Virus record (IMG/VR): IMGVR_UViG_3300012921_000047 | Coordinates: 1-45,334 of that record | Length of the DNA stretch: 45,334 nt | Origin: a virus | Lineage: Duplodnaviria > Caudoviricetes | Strand: one strand, 5' to 3' | Part shown: positions 8,021 through 17,205 of the stretch, piece after piece | Layout: each line of letters begins with the position of its first letter | Position numbering within the stretch: position 1 is the stretch's first letter | Notes under the pieces: model-generated | What the model was told of the DNA's origin: nothing | What the model saw: the letters and a program-made list of their open reading frames with translations, nothing else | The model's database searches: none | Program-made: the position numbers and the translations under genes

Positions 8021-9507
8021 CAGTTCAGCACCGGCGTGAAGTTGCGCACCATGTCCTGAATCACGCGGGACTGCGCGTCGGCCACGCGGTTGGCGGTGGC
8101 CACCGGATCACCGGCGCCCATCACGTTGATGGTGGTGGTCTGGGCGATCTGGGCGGCTGCGGTGCCGCGGCGTGACGCCTCGGCATCGGTGGCCAGAGGT
8201 CGCTCGTAGTAGCGGCTCACCACCTCGCCGGCCTGCCGCGCGTTCTGGGTGGCGCGCAGCAGCGCACCTGCCTTCTGTTCGGAGCCCTGCGTCAGCTCGT
8301 AATGGACGAAGCGCATCTGCTCCTCGACGCTGGCGTCCTTCAGATCCTTGCCGGCCCACCGGCGGAAGTTCGCCTGCCGATCCGGGTGCCATTGGGCGAT
8401 GCCCACCGCCTTGCCGTTGTCGCCCACCGCGCGCGGGTTCATATTCGATTCTGCCTGCAGGTTGGCCACGATGCCGGCGGCCTGTTCCTTGGACCACCCC
8501 ATGCTCTGGAAGAAGGCCATGGGGTCCAGACCGCTGCCAGCCGGCGCACCGCCACCCATCCCGAGCATGTCATGAATGGCATCCTTGATCCCCAGCCACT
8601 CGAAGCCTTTGTCGAGCTTCGAAAATCCCTTTTCAAGGATGTCAGTCGGCACCATGGCCAGGGCGTCCTGCCCCAGCTTGATGAGCAGTCGCCAGCCTTC
8701 GATGATTTTGTTGATGATGGGCATGATGATCCGCTCCGCGTTCACCACCGCGGTGATGATCAGATCGACCACTTTCACGATCGAATCTGAGTTCTGTTCG
8801 AACCATCGCGCGGCGGCGTCCATGCGTGGTCCGAGCACGTCGATAAGCTTCTCGCCGATCACGGTACCCACTGCCGTGATGCGATCCTCGAGCGCGCGCA
8901 GCTTGACCATGAAGCGCTGCCCTGCCTCGGCGGCCGTATCGCTGGCCTCGGCGATCTTCTTCTGGCGGTCGTACATCTCGGAGAAGGCCGGGTCTCGCAT
9001 GGCGATCAGCAGGTCTTCCGTGATACCCAGCTGCTTGGCGTAGGCATTGGCGACCAGATAGTCCATGTCTTGGAACACCCGGGACATGTCGCGCAGCAGA
9101 TCCGTGGTGTCGCGGATGTTGCCCTTGGCGTCGCGGGTCTGGATGCCGAACTGCTTGAAGAACGCCTCCATCACCGGGTTGTTCCGGATGCTGGAGGCCA
9201 GCCCGATCACCGCGTTGCGTGCCGACTCGACGGACGCCCCGAGGTTCTCCGCCGTGCGTTCGAAGGCCTTGAAACCGGATGCCGAGGAACCGCCATGCCG
9301 GGCAGCCCAGTACAGGCGCTCCATCTGGGCGGCGAACTTCGACACGCCAGCCGTGACGGCAACGGCAGCGGCGGCAACGCCGCTCATGAACTTGAGCACC
9401 GCCTTGTCGGCGCCGGCCATGAAGTCGGTGAATTTCTTCGCGCTGGCCTGATCCATCTGGAAGCCCAGCTTGACCAGGTACTCGCGGAGGATGTCTTTCT
9501 CAGCCAT
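8020..9507 (-). CDS. tape measure-like tail protein with C-terminal phage tail lysozyme domain
   Basis: MAEKDILREYLVKLGF start; helical middle; QAAGIVANLQAES...GIAQWH...YERP lysozyme motif. Confidence 0.85.
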   Translation of the reverse strand: MAEKDILREYLVKLGFQMDQASAKKFTDFMAGADKAVLKFMSGVAAAAVAVTAGVSKFAAQMERLYWAARHGGSSASGFKAFERTAENLGASVESARNAVIGLASSIRNNPVMEAFFKQFGIQTRDAKGNIRDTTDLLRDMSRVFQDMDYLVANAYAKQLGITEDLLIAMRDPAFSEMYDRQKKIAEASDTAAEAGQRFMVKLRALEDRITAVGTVIGEKLIDVLGPRMDAAARWFEQNSDSIVKVVDLIITAVVNAERIIMPIINKIIEGWRLLIKLGQDALAMVPTDILEKGFSKLDKGFEWLGIKDAIHDMLGMGGGAPAGSGLDPMAFFQSMGWSKEQAAGIVANLQAESNMNPRAVGDNGKAVGIAQWHPDRQANFRRWAGKDLKDASVEEQMRFVHYELTQGSEQKAGALLRATQNARQAGEVVSRYYERPLATDAEASRRGTAAAQIAQTTTINVMGAGDPVATANRVADAQSRVIQDMVRNFTPVLN

Positions 9508-9736
9508 GTGCTCTCTCCATGCGCCGACGGGCGATGTCCTGGTTGTCGCCGCGCACCAGCAGCGCGTCATTGAGCAGGGCCACGTCGGCCAGGCTCATCG
9601 TTCCGTCGATCAGGGATTCGTACTTGCAGAGGCCGGCGAGCACGGGTGATAGCACCCAGTCCTCTCCGCCCGGGAGGGTCAGCCAGCCGCCGGCGTCGGT
9701 CCGCTCTGCTGGCTGGTAAGCAGACCGGCTATAAAA
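9500..9736 (-). CDS. tail assembly chaperone C-terminal extension (DUF6889-like), probably made by -1 frameshift
   Basis: LPGGEDWVLSPVLAGLCKYESLIDG...LADVALLNDAL; no good independent start; -1 frame relative to the upstream chaperone. Confidence 0.6.
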   Translation of the reverse strand, partial: FYSRSAYQPAERTDAGGWLTLPGGEDWVLSPVLAGLCKYESLIDGTMSLADVALLNDALLVRGDNQDIARRRMERAHG

Positions 9737-10122
9737 GGCCCGAGGTTGTCCTTGATGACTTCGACCACCAGCTCCAGGATCACGTCCAGGCCGAGGTCGT
9801 CGAACATGATCACGCCGGCCGACTGGTTCCAGACCGGCGCCCACGTGCCCGGCACGGTCTGCCGCTGAACAGCGCCCAGGCACGCCGCGAACACGTAGTT
9901 GCAGACGTCGTCCGGCAGTTCGGAGATGCCGCGCGCGAACGGCTCGGCCACCTCGGCGAATCCCAGCAGGTCGGCGCCGAAGCTGCCTTCCTTGGCCAGC
10001 TTCGCGAAGATCGGGATCAGCGTCGGGATGATGGGCATGATGCGGCGGTTGACGTGGAACGCCTGCATCGCGGACAGCTTGTTCAGGCGGTAGGTGCTCA
10101 CGCCGATGGTGTGCTCTCTCAT
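9679..10122 (-). CDS. tail assembly chaperone
   Basis: YRLNKLSAMQAFHVNRR...IMFDD...DNLGPF; between tube and tape measure genes. Confidence 0.85.
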   Translation of the reverse strand: MREHTIGVSTYRLNKLSAMQAFHVNRRIMPIIPTLIPIFAKLAKEGSFGADLLGFAEVAEPFARGISELPDDVCNYVFAACLGAVQRQTVPGTWAPVWNQSAGVIMFDDLGLDVILELVVEVIKDNLGPFIAGLLTSQQSGPTPAAG

Positions 10123-10129
10123 GGCCGAC

Positions 10130-10570
10130 TCAGTACTCGCCCAGCTGGGTGTCGATCTTGATGCAGTCGAAGCCCCACTCGACGATGTCGCCGTCCTTCG
10201 CGTAGGCGAGGTTCGGCTTGCGCTTGAAGGCGCACGAACGGGCCACGGTGAGGTCGCCGGCCGTCTTCTGGCGCACGGTGATGACGTTCTGCCCGTGCAG
10301 CGCGCCGTTCAGCGTCTGGGCGTTGTACATCGCTTGCAGCTTGAGGTTCGTCGGCGAGGTCTTGAGCAGTCGCACGGTGATCGTGCCGCTCTTGTCGGCG
10401 TGCAGGCTGTGCATGCCCTCGCCGTCGGCACCGATCAGCATGGTGTTCTTGTCGCCGGCCGGCTCGATCGTGATGCCCTCCTCGGCCACGGCCGCGCCGT
10501 AGCCCAGATCGACGATGCCGGTCGGGCCGACGAGGGTGGCGGCGACGTCCTGAAACGAATAGGTGCTCAT
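10130..10570 (-). CDS. tail tube protein (DUF3277-like)
   Basis: MSTYSFQDV...GADGEGMHSL...LLKTSPTN. Confidence 0.88.
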   Translation of the reverse strand: MSTYSFQDVAATLVGPTGIVDLGYGAAVAEEGITIEPAGDKNTMLIGADGEGMHSLHADKSGTITVRLLKTSPTNLKLQAMYNAQTLNGALHGQNVITVRQKTAGDLTVARSCAFKRKPNLAYAKDGDIVEWGFDCIKIDTQLGEY

Positions 10571-10580
10571 GGTTCAGACC

Positions 10581-12068
10581 TCAGCGGTTCACGTTGATGA
10601 TGGCGTCGACGAAATGCACGGCGCCGGCGAGCTTGATCGCGCACTGGATCACCGGCGCGCGGCGCGCCTCCCGGTCGGCCTGCGACTGGTCGCTCACGGG
10701 CGGTGCATAGACGTAGTAGCCGGTCGGCAGGAAGTCGCCCTGACGCAGCGTGCCGAAGCCCGGTGCATTCCACTGGCCGGGAGCGATGAGTCCATTCACC
10801 ACGCCCTGTTCGAGGCGCTGGCAGATCGTGGTCAGGATGGTGTTGATGCCGGCGTCGGTCTGCGGGATCTTGGTGGAGGAGGTGTAGAGCAGGTTGTAGA
10901 TGGCCGTCTGCACGTCGTTCTGGAGCCAGTCCGTGCCATGCACCTCGTCGAAGAAGTAGCCGTTGGCCATCACGCCTTCCTGGATGATGGCCGTGTCGTT
11001 GTTGTAGCGGACGAACACGTTGCAGTTCTTGCCCCGCAGGACCACGGCCTGGCTGGCGGTCAGCGTCTCGGGGGCAACACCCGGCTCCTGCTTGAACTTG
11101 ATGGTCAGCGTGGTGTTGCTGCCCTGGAACTCGACCGTGAAGGCGCGCCCGAAGATCGACGCCGCGGCGTGCTCGTTGCTGCTGCTGTACTGCACGAAGG
11201 TGCGCTTGTAGCCCAGCGCCTTCAGGCGCGACGCGATGTCGTTCGTGGTCACAGCGTTCAGCACGCCAGCGTTCTGCGTGGTGATGCCGTAGATGCGCGA
11301 CAGGCCGCTGCCTTCGATGAACTCAGCGACGGCCACCGCCTGATCGTCGGTCGGCGCGGTCGCGCCGGCGATGTACAGGCCGTACCACGCCGAGCTGATA
11401 TCGGCGACAGCCTGCACGGCGGCCACCGGCGTTTCCGCGATCACACCCGGCGCCACATAGCCGCCATTGGTGCTGCGCAGCTTGAACAGCTGGCTCACGT
11501 CGGTACCGGACGACGGCGCGGTCGCGAAGCTGATCGTCGATGCAGCGCCCGTGGTGCTGCTCGTGATCACGAAGCGCTGATTGACCGCATCCCATGCAAC
11601 GGTCGCGCCGGTCAGCGCGGTGTCGAGGATGGCGGCCACGCCGGGCAGGTTCAGGGCCGCGCTGAAGTTCAGGCTGGCCAGCGACTGCTCGACGCCATCA
11701 ACACTGATCTTCATCGCACCGGTGGTCACGGCGGTGAAGTTCGTCAGGGTCTGCTCGGCTGCCGACAGCACACCGCCGCGCAGCTTGCCGGCGGTCGCCG
11801 TGCGCGCCCACTTGCCGAGGTACAGGGTGGAGGGTTGCGGGGTCTGGCCAAAGTACAGCGCCGCGGCCTTGTATTCCGCGGCCACGGTACCGAAGTCGTC
11901 GGCCACAGCGTCCAGCGTGGTGTAGAGCCGCAGGCGTTCGGTGGTATCGATGACGTCGCTGTCGCCCAGGATCAGGAGCGATCCGAAGTCGCGCGTCTGC
12001 GCGGCGAGCGGCGCCAGCACCACCTGGACATTCACGATGTCGCTGACAGGCAGTCCGAGAGTGCTCAT
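10581..12068 (-). CDS. tail sheath protein (DUF3383)
   Basis: 495 aa; KFKQEPGV, FFDEVHGTDWLQN, KLAGAVHF motifs; upstream of tube gene. Confidence 0.9.
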   Translation of the reverse strand: MSTLGLPVSDIVNVQVVLAPLAAQTRDFGSLLILGDSDVIDTTERLRLYTTLDAVADDFGTVAAEYKAAALYFGQTPQPSTLYLGKWARTATAGKLRGGVLSAAEQTLTNFTAVTTGAMKISVDGVEQSLASLNFSAALNLPGVAAILDTALTGATVAWDAVNQRFVITSSTTGAASTISFATAPSSGTDVSQLFKLRSTNGGYVAPGVIAETPVAAVQAVADISSAWYGLYIAGATAPTDDQAVAVAEFIEGSGLSRIYGITTQNAGVLNAVTTNDIASRLKALGYKRTFVQYSSSNEHAAASIFGRAFTVEFQGSNTTLTIKFKQEPGVAPETLTASQAVVLRGKNCNVFVRYNNDTAIIQEGVMANGYFFDEVHGTDWLQNDVQTAIYNLLYTSSTKIPQTDAGINTILTTICQRLEQGVVNGLIAPGQWNAPGFGTLRQGDFLPTGYYVYAPPVSDQSQADREARRAPVIQCAIKLAGAVHFVDAIINVNR

Positions 12069-12078
12069 TGGTGTGTCC

Positions 12079-12633
12079 TCAGTTGGTGGAGTACGCCGGG
12101 TCGGCGGAAAGGATGTTCAGGATCGGGTAGCTGCGGCGGATGGCGCGGCGCAGGCGGACCGGCACGTCGTAGCGATTCACCCACTGCTGATTGATCAGCT
12201 CCGGCACGCGGCGCGCGTCATCGGCGTCGATGAATGCCACGCCCTGCGCGGCCAGTGTTTCGAGGTTCTGCGGCACCGCCAGTCCGTCGGCCAGCAGGCC
12301 CGCGAAGCGGTGAGCATTCGGACCGTAGAAGCTGGCCAGCACGCGGATCTCCTGATGCCGGGTGTAGCGGTCGAATCCGTCACCGGCAGCCTGGTGCTCG
12401 ATCGCCGGGCCGGCATCTCGCGTCGATTCCACGACACCCACCGCGCACCAGTTCGTGCCGTGCTCCGGGTGGCGCGGGTGGCCGGGCTGGAACCGCGGCC
12501 GCACCAAATCACCCGACAGGCCGGTGATGCCGACCACGGCCGCCTGGATGATGTCGTCCAGTGCATCGTCTTCTGCGGGCGCAGGGGTGCCCGCCGGCTG
12601 GAGATATCCGCCGGTTGCCGAGCTGTTCGCCAT
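12079..12633 (-). CDS. tail terminator/neck protein
   Basis: MANSSATGGYL...LVRPRFQ...SFYGP...VPELINQQWV; synteny. Confidence 0.75.
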   Translation of the reverse strand: MANSSATGGYLQPAGTPAPAEDDALDDIIQAAVVGITGLSGDLVRPRFQPGHPRHPEHGTNWCAVGVVESTRDAGPAIEHQAAGDGFDRYTRHQEIRVLASFYGPNAHRFAGLLADGLAVPQNLETLAAQGVAFIDADDARRVPELINQQWVNRYDVPVRLRRAIRRSYPILNILSADPAYSTN

Positions 12634-12637
12634 GGAG

Positions 12638-13012
12638 TTACCCCTGAAGCGGTAGCAGGTCGCAGTTCGCCATCACGAAGCCGCGGCCGAAGTGCGACCA
12701 GTCCTGCACCGCCGACACCGTGAAGCGCCGACCCTGCCAGATCACCACGTCCGCAGTCTGGCCGGGTCGGCCGTCCTGCAACGCGAAGCGCGTGTGGATG
12801 ATGATGCTGCCCACCGTGCGCTCGCCCTCGGCGATCCGCATCAGCAGGTCGCCCTTGTCGCTGGTCACGACGCCCGCGAAGGACGTCTGCGCCGGCGCGT
12901 TGGTGGCGCGACCGTTCGCGCCGATGGTCTGCGTCAGGCGCTCGCAGACCAGTCCGGTGTCCATGAAGTCCGGGTCGCAGGGGATGTCGGAAACGTCCAG
13001 CAGCGCCATCAT
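12638..13012 (-). CDS. head closure/head-tail joining protein
   Basis: LLDVSDI.DPDF...ADVVIWQGRRF...WSHFGRGF; synteny. Confidence 0.72.
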   Translation of the reverse strand: MMALLDVSDIPCDPDFMDTGLVCERLTQTIGANGRATNAPAQTSFAGVVTSDKGDLLMRIAEGERTVGSIIIHTRFALQDGRPGQTADVVIWQGRRFTVSAVQDWSHFGRGFVMANCDLLPLQG

Positions 13013-13554
13013 CGCCCCCGGATCACGTAGTTGATCGACCTGCGCAGCTGCCCGCTGTCGATCAGGGGCCGCGCGCTCTCGTTGCTCGGCGCATTGCCGG
13101 CGGCCCGGCTGGCCAGTTCCAGCAGCGCGCCCTTCCTGCCGCGTGCAGCGCGTGCCCGCAGCGTGGCGGCCGCAAGTGGTGCGAAGTTGCCCGTGGAGAT
13201 GTACCGCCGGATGCTGCTCTGCGCGGCCAGCCCCACGCGCTCAAGGTGACGCATGGCCAGGTCGTCGCGGTCATCCAGCGCCGCGCTGGCCGCCTTTCCG
13301 AGACCGGTGCTAATGCGCTCGCGCGCGGCCTCGATACCCGGCGCCATGAACGGCCGCGCCGGGATGTTCTGGGCCGGGCTGCCGTTGTCGTGGATGTAGG
13401 CGAGCGTCGGGTTGTTCATCGGCCCGTACTCGTCCTGATCGCGGTCGGCTGTGTCGCCGGGCACGCCGACCAGCACGTCACGCCGCGTGAGCTTGTCCAG
13501 TGCCTTCAGTACCGCGCCCATCTTGTCCGCCTTGCGGACGAGGACGGCTTTCAC
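13009..13554 (-). CDS. neck protein (HK97 gp10-like)
   Basis: VLVGVP...IHDNGSP.NIPARPF...PLIDSGQLRRSI; start reassigned to GTG 13554. Confidence 0.78.
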   Translation of the reverse strand: MKAVLVRKADKMGAVLKALDKLTRRDVLVGVPGDTADRDQDEYGPMNNPTLAYIHDNGSPAQNIPARPFMAPGIEAARERISTGLGKAASAALDDRDDLAMRHLERVGLAAQSSIRRYISTGNFAPLAAATLRARAARGRKGALLELASRAAGNAPSNESARPLIDSGQLRRSINYVIRGR

Positions 13555-13934
13555 AGCTGGCGACCACCCATGCCGATGAGGCGCGCCCAGTACAGCAGCT
13601 CCACGCCGTAGGACGTCGCATTCCAGAAACCGCCGTCGGCCAGCGTCACCGCCGACGTGTCGTAGCTCGCCGAGACCTTGTCCACCGCCTTCGCGGTCTT
13701 CGGACCGGTGACCTCCCCCGGCGTGCCGCCGACACCTGCGGCCTGTTGATTGCGGCGACCGATGGTCATGTTGTGGGCCACGAACAGGCCGTGACCCATG
13801 TCCATGAGCTCGCCCCACACCTCTTCGAGCAGCAGCATTCCCGCAACCGTCAGGTGCATCTGAACCATTGCGTCCGGGTACTCGGAGGAGTCCGAGAACT
13901 CCGGGTAACGGCTGCGGAAACCTGCAACGTCCAT
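13551..13934 (-). CDS. head-tail adaptor (DUF4054)
   Basis: MDVAGFRSRYPEF...VDKVSASYD...WNATSYG; start reassigned to 13934. Confidence 0.85.
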   Translation of the reverse strand: MDVAGFRSRYPEFSDSSEYPDAMVQMHLTVAGMLLLEEVWGELMDMGHGLFVAHNMTIGRRNQQAAGVGGTPGEVTGPKTAKAVDKVSASYDTSAVTLADGGFWNATSYGVELLYWARLIGMGGRQL

Positions 13935-14257
13935 CAGGCGGCTGCCTTCTTCTTGGTGGTGGTGACGGGCTTGGCAGCAGCGGCAGCGGCTTCCGCTGCG
14001 GCCGCCGCTTCCTCGTCCGCGATCCGCTGCGCTTCCGCCTGTTCGGCGGCGATGCGTTGGGCCTCGGCTTCGGCGGCTGCTGCCTGCTCGGCGGCCAGGC
14101 GCCCGGCCTCCGGATCGACGACCGGCGCCGGCTCGTGGCTGTGCAGCTGCACGTACCAGTGGCGGGCGTGCTCCGGCGGCACCTCCGCGCCCGGCTCGAA
14201 AGTCAGGCGCTCGCCGTTGTCCAGCGTCAGGACGCACTTCGTGTGAAAGGTCCGCAT
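13934..14257 (-). CDS. small virion-associated protein (STY1053-like) with Ala/Glu-rich tail
   Basis: LTLDNGERLTFEPGAEVPPEHARHWYV motif; immediately after capsid gene; GGAG RBS before ATG 14257. Confidence 0.7.
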   Translation of the reverse strand: MRTFHTKCVLTLDNGERLTFEPGAEVPPEHARHWYVQLHSHEPAPVVDPEAGRLAAEQAAAAEAEAQRIAAEQAEAQRIADEEAAAAAEAAAAAAKPVTTTKKKAAA

Positions 14258-14267
14258 GGCCGTCTCC

Positions 14268-15329
14268 TTAGAGGCCGTCAGCATAGCCGACGGTTTCCGG
14301 ATACACGAACTCGACGGCGCCCAGGCGGCCGAAGTAGGTCGTGAGCTGGCGCAGGTCGCGGTACTCGAGCGGCGTGCGCTGGAGCGGCACCAGCGGGAAG
14401 CGGACGCGATCCTCGGCCTGCGAGTAGGCCACCATGCGGTTCGTGCCGCCGACACCACGACCGGTCAGCCACTTCAGCGGCTGGATGTCCAGCGGACGGC
14501 CGTTGATGCTGTTGCAGAGGCTGTTGACCTTCAGGAATTCCAGCACCGAGATGTTGCCGGCCGACGAGATCAGCGTGGAGACCAGACGGCTGTAGTTCAC
14601 CGGATCGACCAGCAGCTTCGACGGGCACACCGCCCAGGCGGACGCCGTCCAGACGTTGTTCAGCAGCGTATTCACGTCGTTCAGGATTTCCTGCGGCGTC
14701 TTGCTGGACCACAGCGGCGACGCGCTGGCGCCATTGACGACGTTGGTCGCGGTGACCAGCGGCGAATTCACCAGACCGAACAGGTTCAGCGCAGTGTCGC
14801 CGACATAGACCTGCTCGTCGATGTCCATCTGGTACTTCAGCTGCATCGCGCTGAACTTCTGCTGGTCGATGGGACGGCCCAGCTTCTGCGCGCTCTCCAG
14901 CTCCGGGATCGTCCAGCCCAGCTGCATCGCCCAGAGGGGCAGCGGGCTGGTGGTCTTGCCGAGGTCCAGGCTGATGCCCGTGATGGCGTTGGCGTCCTTG
15001 CCCACCCAGGCCTTGCCGGAACCCGGCACGCCGTTGGCAGCGGCGAAGCTGGAATTGGTGAAGCTGGAGAACTCGTCGGCGATGCTCACATCGCTGCGCA
15101 GGTCGATGTCGCGCGACCAGGTGACGGCCGCCAGCGGCTCGTGGATGCGCGGGTCCAGACGCTCCAGCTCGCCGACCAGGAAGACGCCGGCCGAGTCGAT
15201 GGTCTGCGCATCGAAGGTCATCAGACCGTCGCGGAATTCCACGCGACCGCGACGACGGGTGATCACGGACGGAGCCGGGATCGGTGCGAGAGCCGCGCCC
15301 AGAGACGCGGCCAGGATGAGTTTGCTCAT
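14268..15329 (-). CDS. major capsid protein (DUF2184)
   Basis: FLVGELERLDP...TWSRDIDLRSDV...YFGRLGAVEFVYPET. Confidence 0.9.
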   Translation of the reverse strand: MSKLILAASLGAALAPIPAPSVITRRRGRVEFRDGLMTFDAQTIDSAGVFLVGELERLDPRIHEPLAAVTWSRDIDLRSDVSIADEFSSFTNSSFAAANGVPGSGKAWVGKDANAITGISLDLGKTTSPLPLWAMQLGWTIPELESAQKLGRPIDQQKFSAMQLKYQMDIDEQVYVGDTALNLFGLVNSPLVTATNVVNGASASPLWSSKTPQEILNDVNTLLNNVWTASAWAVCPSKLLVDPVNYSRLVSTLISSAGNISVLEFLKVNSLCNSINGRPLDIQPLKWLTGRGVGGTNRMVAYSQAEDRVRFPLVPLQRTPLEYRDLRQLTTYFGRLGAVEFVYPETVGYADGL

Positions 15330-15343
15330 GATGTGGGCTCCGC

Positions 15344-15835
15344 TCAGATGTTGAAGGCGATTTCGACGTTGCCGGAGGCGTCAGCCGCCGACATGAAGAT
15401 GCAGCCGGCCACCGCGATGGTGTTGGCGCCGTCGGCCGCCGCCTCGATGCCGCCGATGGGCTTGCCGGCCGCAGCCGCTGCGACGCGGACATAGACCTGA
15501 CCGCCCGCTGCCGGGGTGCCGGCGTTGTTCTTCACGTTGGCGTAGCCGCTGCGCAGCACGTCGGCCAGACCGGTGGTCGGCGGCACGCTGGTGCCCAGCG
15601 GGTCGCTGGCGTTCGCACCGGTGATCGGGTACGGGCGGACCAGCAGGCCATACACGGCGCTGGCGGCGTCGCCGCTGCCGACCGGCACGAACTTGTTGCT
15701 GGCCAGCTTCCCGAACAGGCCGTAGCCGGCGAACGGAAGGGATGCGTTGAGAACCTGCGGCTCGATCTTGGCGGCGGACTGGCGGGTCACGTCGCCCGGG
15801 ATGCCGGCAGGCATGCGGTACTGGTATGCAGCCAT
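15344..15835 (-). CDS. capsid decoration/cement protein
   Basis: YRMPAGIPGDVTR...GLLVRPYP...GNVEIAFNI; between protease and capsid genes. Confidence 0.8.
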   Translation of the reverse strand: MAAYQYRMPAGIPGDVTRQSAAKIEPQVLNASLPFAGYGLFGKLASNKFVPVGSGDAASAVYGLLVRPYPITGANASDPLGTSVPPTTGLADVLRSGYANVKNNAGTPAAGGQVYVRVAAAAAGKPIGGIEAAADGANTIAVAGCIFMSAADASGNVEIAFNI

Positions 15836-15851
15836 GGTGATGCTCCTCGGG

Positions 15852-16559
15852 TTAGCGGGCCTTCGCCCAGAATTCGCGGTTGCGCTCGTTGATGGACTGC
15901 GGGTCAGTCGCCCGGCCGAAGTCCTTCGTATGGAGGCGGTCGTTGCCGCGCTGCGCGTCGTTGTTCTTCACGCGCGCCAGCTCGGCGGCACCGGTGAAGA
16001 CGGCAGCCAGCGCGTCGCCAGTCAGCGCCCTGACCTCACGGCCGGCCAGGAACGGCGCGACGCAGGCCTTGCCGCTCTCGCTCGCCATGGCCGTGGTCAA
16101 GGCGTTGCGCATCAGCGCGTCCACCACTTGGGCAGCGGCGCTGTCACCGGTCGGAATCTGGATGCCCGGGGCCAGGATCTCGGAACGCGCGACGACAGCC
16201 TTCAGCGAGTCGCCGGACAGCACCTTGCCTTTGGCTTCGCCGTTGGTCTCCGCCGGCTCCGGGTCGAGAACTTCGTCGTCGGTCTTTTTCTTGCCTTCGT
16301 CGTCACCGTCCTCGTCGTCCGGGTCGGCGTCATTCGCGCGCGCCTTCAGCGCGGCGACATCCGCGGTCAGGGTCTTGAGCTGGGCGTTGATCGAGGCCAG
16401 AACAGCGGAGTCGCCGGTCGGCTTCTTCTTGCCTTCCCCCTCCTCCTCGTCGCCTTCCTCGCCTTCCATGTCTTCCATCTCGGCCTTGATCGCCTCGGCG
16501 TCCTGTGCCTTGACGGCGGTCAGCAGCCGGTCCCAGAAACTGCGCTTCTTTTTGCTCAT
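15852..16559 (-). CDS. possible nested in-frame scaffold protein (MSKKKRSFWDRLL...)
   Basis: Internal ATG with GGAG 9 nt upstream, immediately after the protease domain; analogous to lambda C/Nu3. Confidence 0.45.
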   Translation of the reverse strand: MSKKKRSFWDRLLTAVKAQDAEAIKAEMEDMEGEEGDEEEGEGKKKPTGDSAVLASINAQLKTLTADVAALKARANDADPDDEDGDDEGKKKTDDEVLDPEPAETNGEAKGKVLSGDSLKAVVARSEILAPGIQIPTGDSAAAQVVDALMRNALTTAMASESGKACVAPFLAGREVRALTGDALAAVFTGAAELARVKNNDAQRGNDRLHTKDFGRATDPQSINERNREFWAKAR

Positions 16560-17159
16560 GGCATGTGCTCCATCTTGAATTGAACAGCGCGGGCCGGCGC
16601 GGCCTCGCTCCACCAGCGCGACGTGGTTGCCCACGATGTTGAGCTGACGCCCGCGCCCGGGTGCCAGCTGTTCGTACTCGGCCTCGTAACCGGCGCTCAC
16701 TTCCGGCAGGTCCCGATTCACGTACTCGATGCCGTCGGCGTCGGTGATCACCAGATCCGCCAGCACCAGGTCGTCCTCGATGCCGTCACCTCGCCGCACG
16801 TTCTGCACGAACCCGATGGTCAGGTTTCGCCAGTTCTCCGGCGTCACGAAACTCTCCGGGTGATTCACGGTGACCGGCTTGCCTTCGAACGACTTCAGCG
16901 TGTCTTCGCGGAAGACCTGATCGGCCTCGCGCTCGACGCGCACGAGACCGTCAGGGCCACCCTTCACAAGCGGCTTCCCGTCCTCGCCGACCAGCTCTTC
17001 GTCGAGGTACAGCTGCACACCGGTTCGCGCGATCGGCACGTCGTGGCAGACGAGGAAGCCCTCGGGCGTCGTGCTGCGCTTCTGGCCGAGCTGGTTCGTG
17101 GTGTAGTAGCGCCCGCGGTCGATCACCTGCACCGCGCGGCGGTCAGCGGTTCGGGTCAT
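15852..17159 (-). CDS. prohead protease/scaffold (DUF2213)
   Basis: TPEGFLVCHDVPIARTG, SFEGKPVTVNHP, EVSAGY, GNHVALVERGRAG; acidic C-terminal half; start reassigned to 17159. Confidence 0.88.
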   Translation of the reverse strand: MTRTADRRAVQVIDRGRYYTTNQLGQKRSTTPEGFLVCHDVPIARTGVQLYLDEELVGEDGKPLVKGGPDGLVRVEREADQVFREDTLKSFEGKPVTVNHPESFVTPENWRNLTIGFVQNVRRGDGIEDDLVLADLVITDADGIEYVNRDLPEVSAGYEAEYEQLAPGRGRQLNIVGNHVALVERGRAGPRCSIQDGAHAMSKKKRSFWDRLLTAVKAQDAEAIKAEMEDMEGEEGDEEEGEGKKKPTGDSAVLASINAQLKTLTADVAALKARANDADPDDEDGDDEGKKKTDDEVLDPEPAETNGEAKGKVLSGDSLKAVVARSEILAPGIQIPTGDSAAAQVVDALMRNALTTAMASESGKACVAPFLAGREVRALTGDALAAVFTGAAELARVKNNDAQRGNDRLHTKDFGRATDPQSINERNREFWAKAR

Positions 17160-17176
17160 AGGGGGCTCCGGAAATG

Positions 17177-17199
17177 AAAAAGCCCGCTCGGGGCGGGCT
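17177..17199 (-). terminator. rho-independent terminator after the 817-aa inserted gene
   Basis: Minus strand AGCCCGC-loop-GCGGGCT-TTTT. Confidence 0.7.
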
Positions 17200-17205
17200 G
17201 GTCGA

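Noticed and set aside
13960-14110. Short tandem repeats (AAEQAEAQRIA-like)
   Set aside because: Low-complexity coding repeats in a helical tail, not a CRISPR or regulatory array
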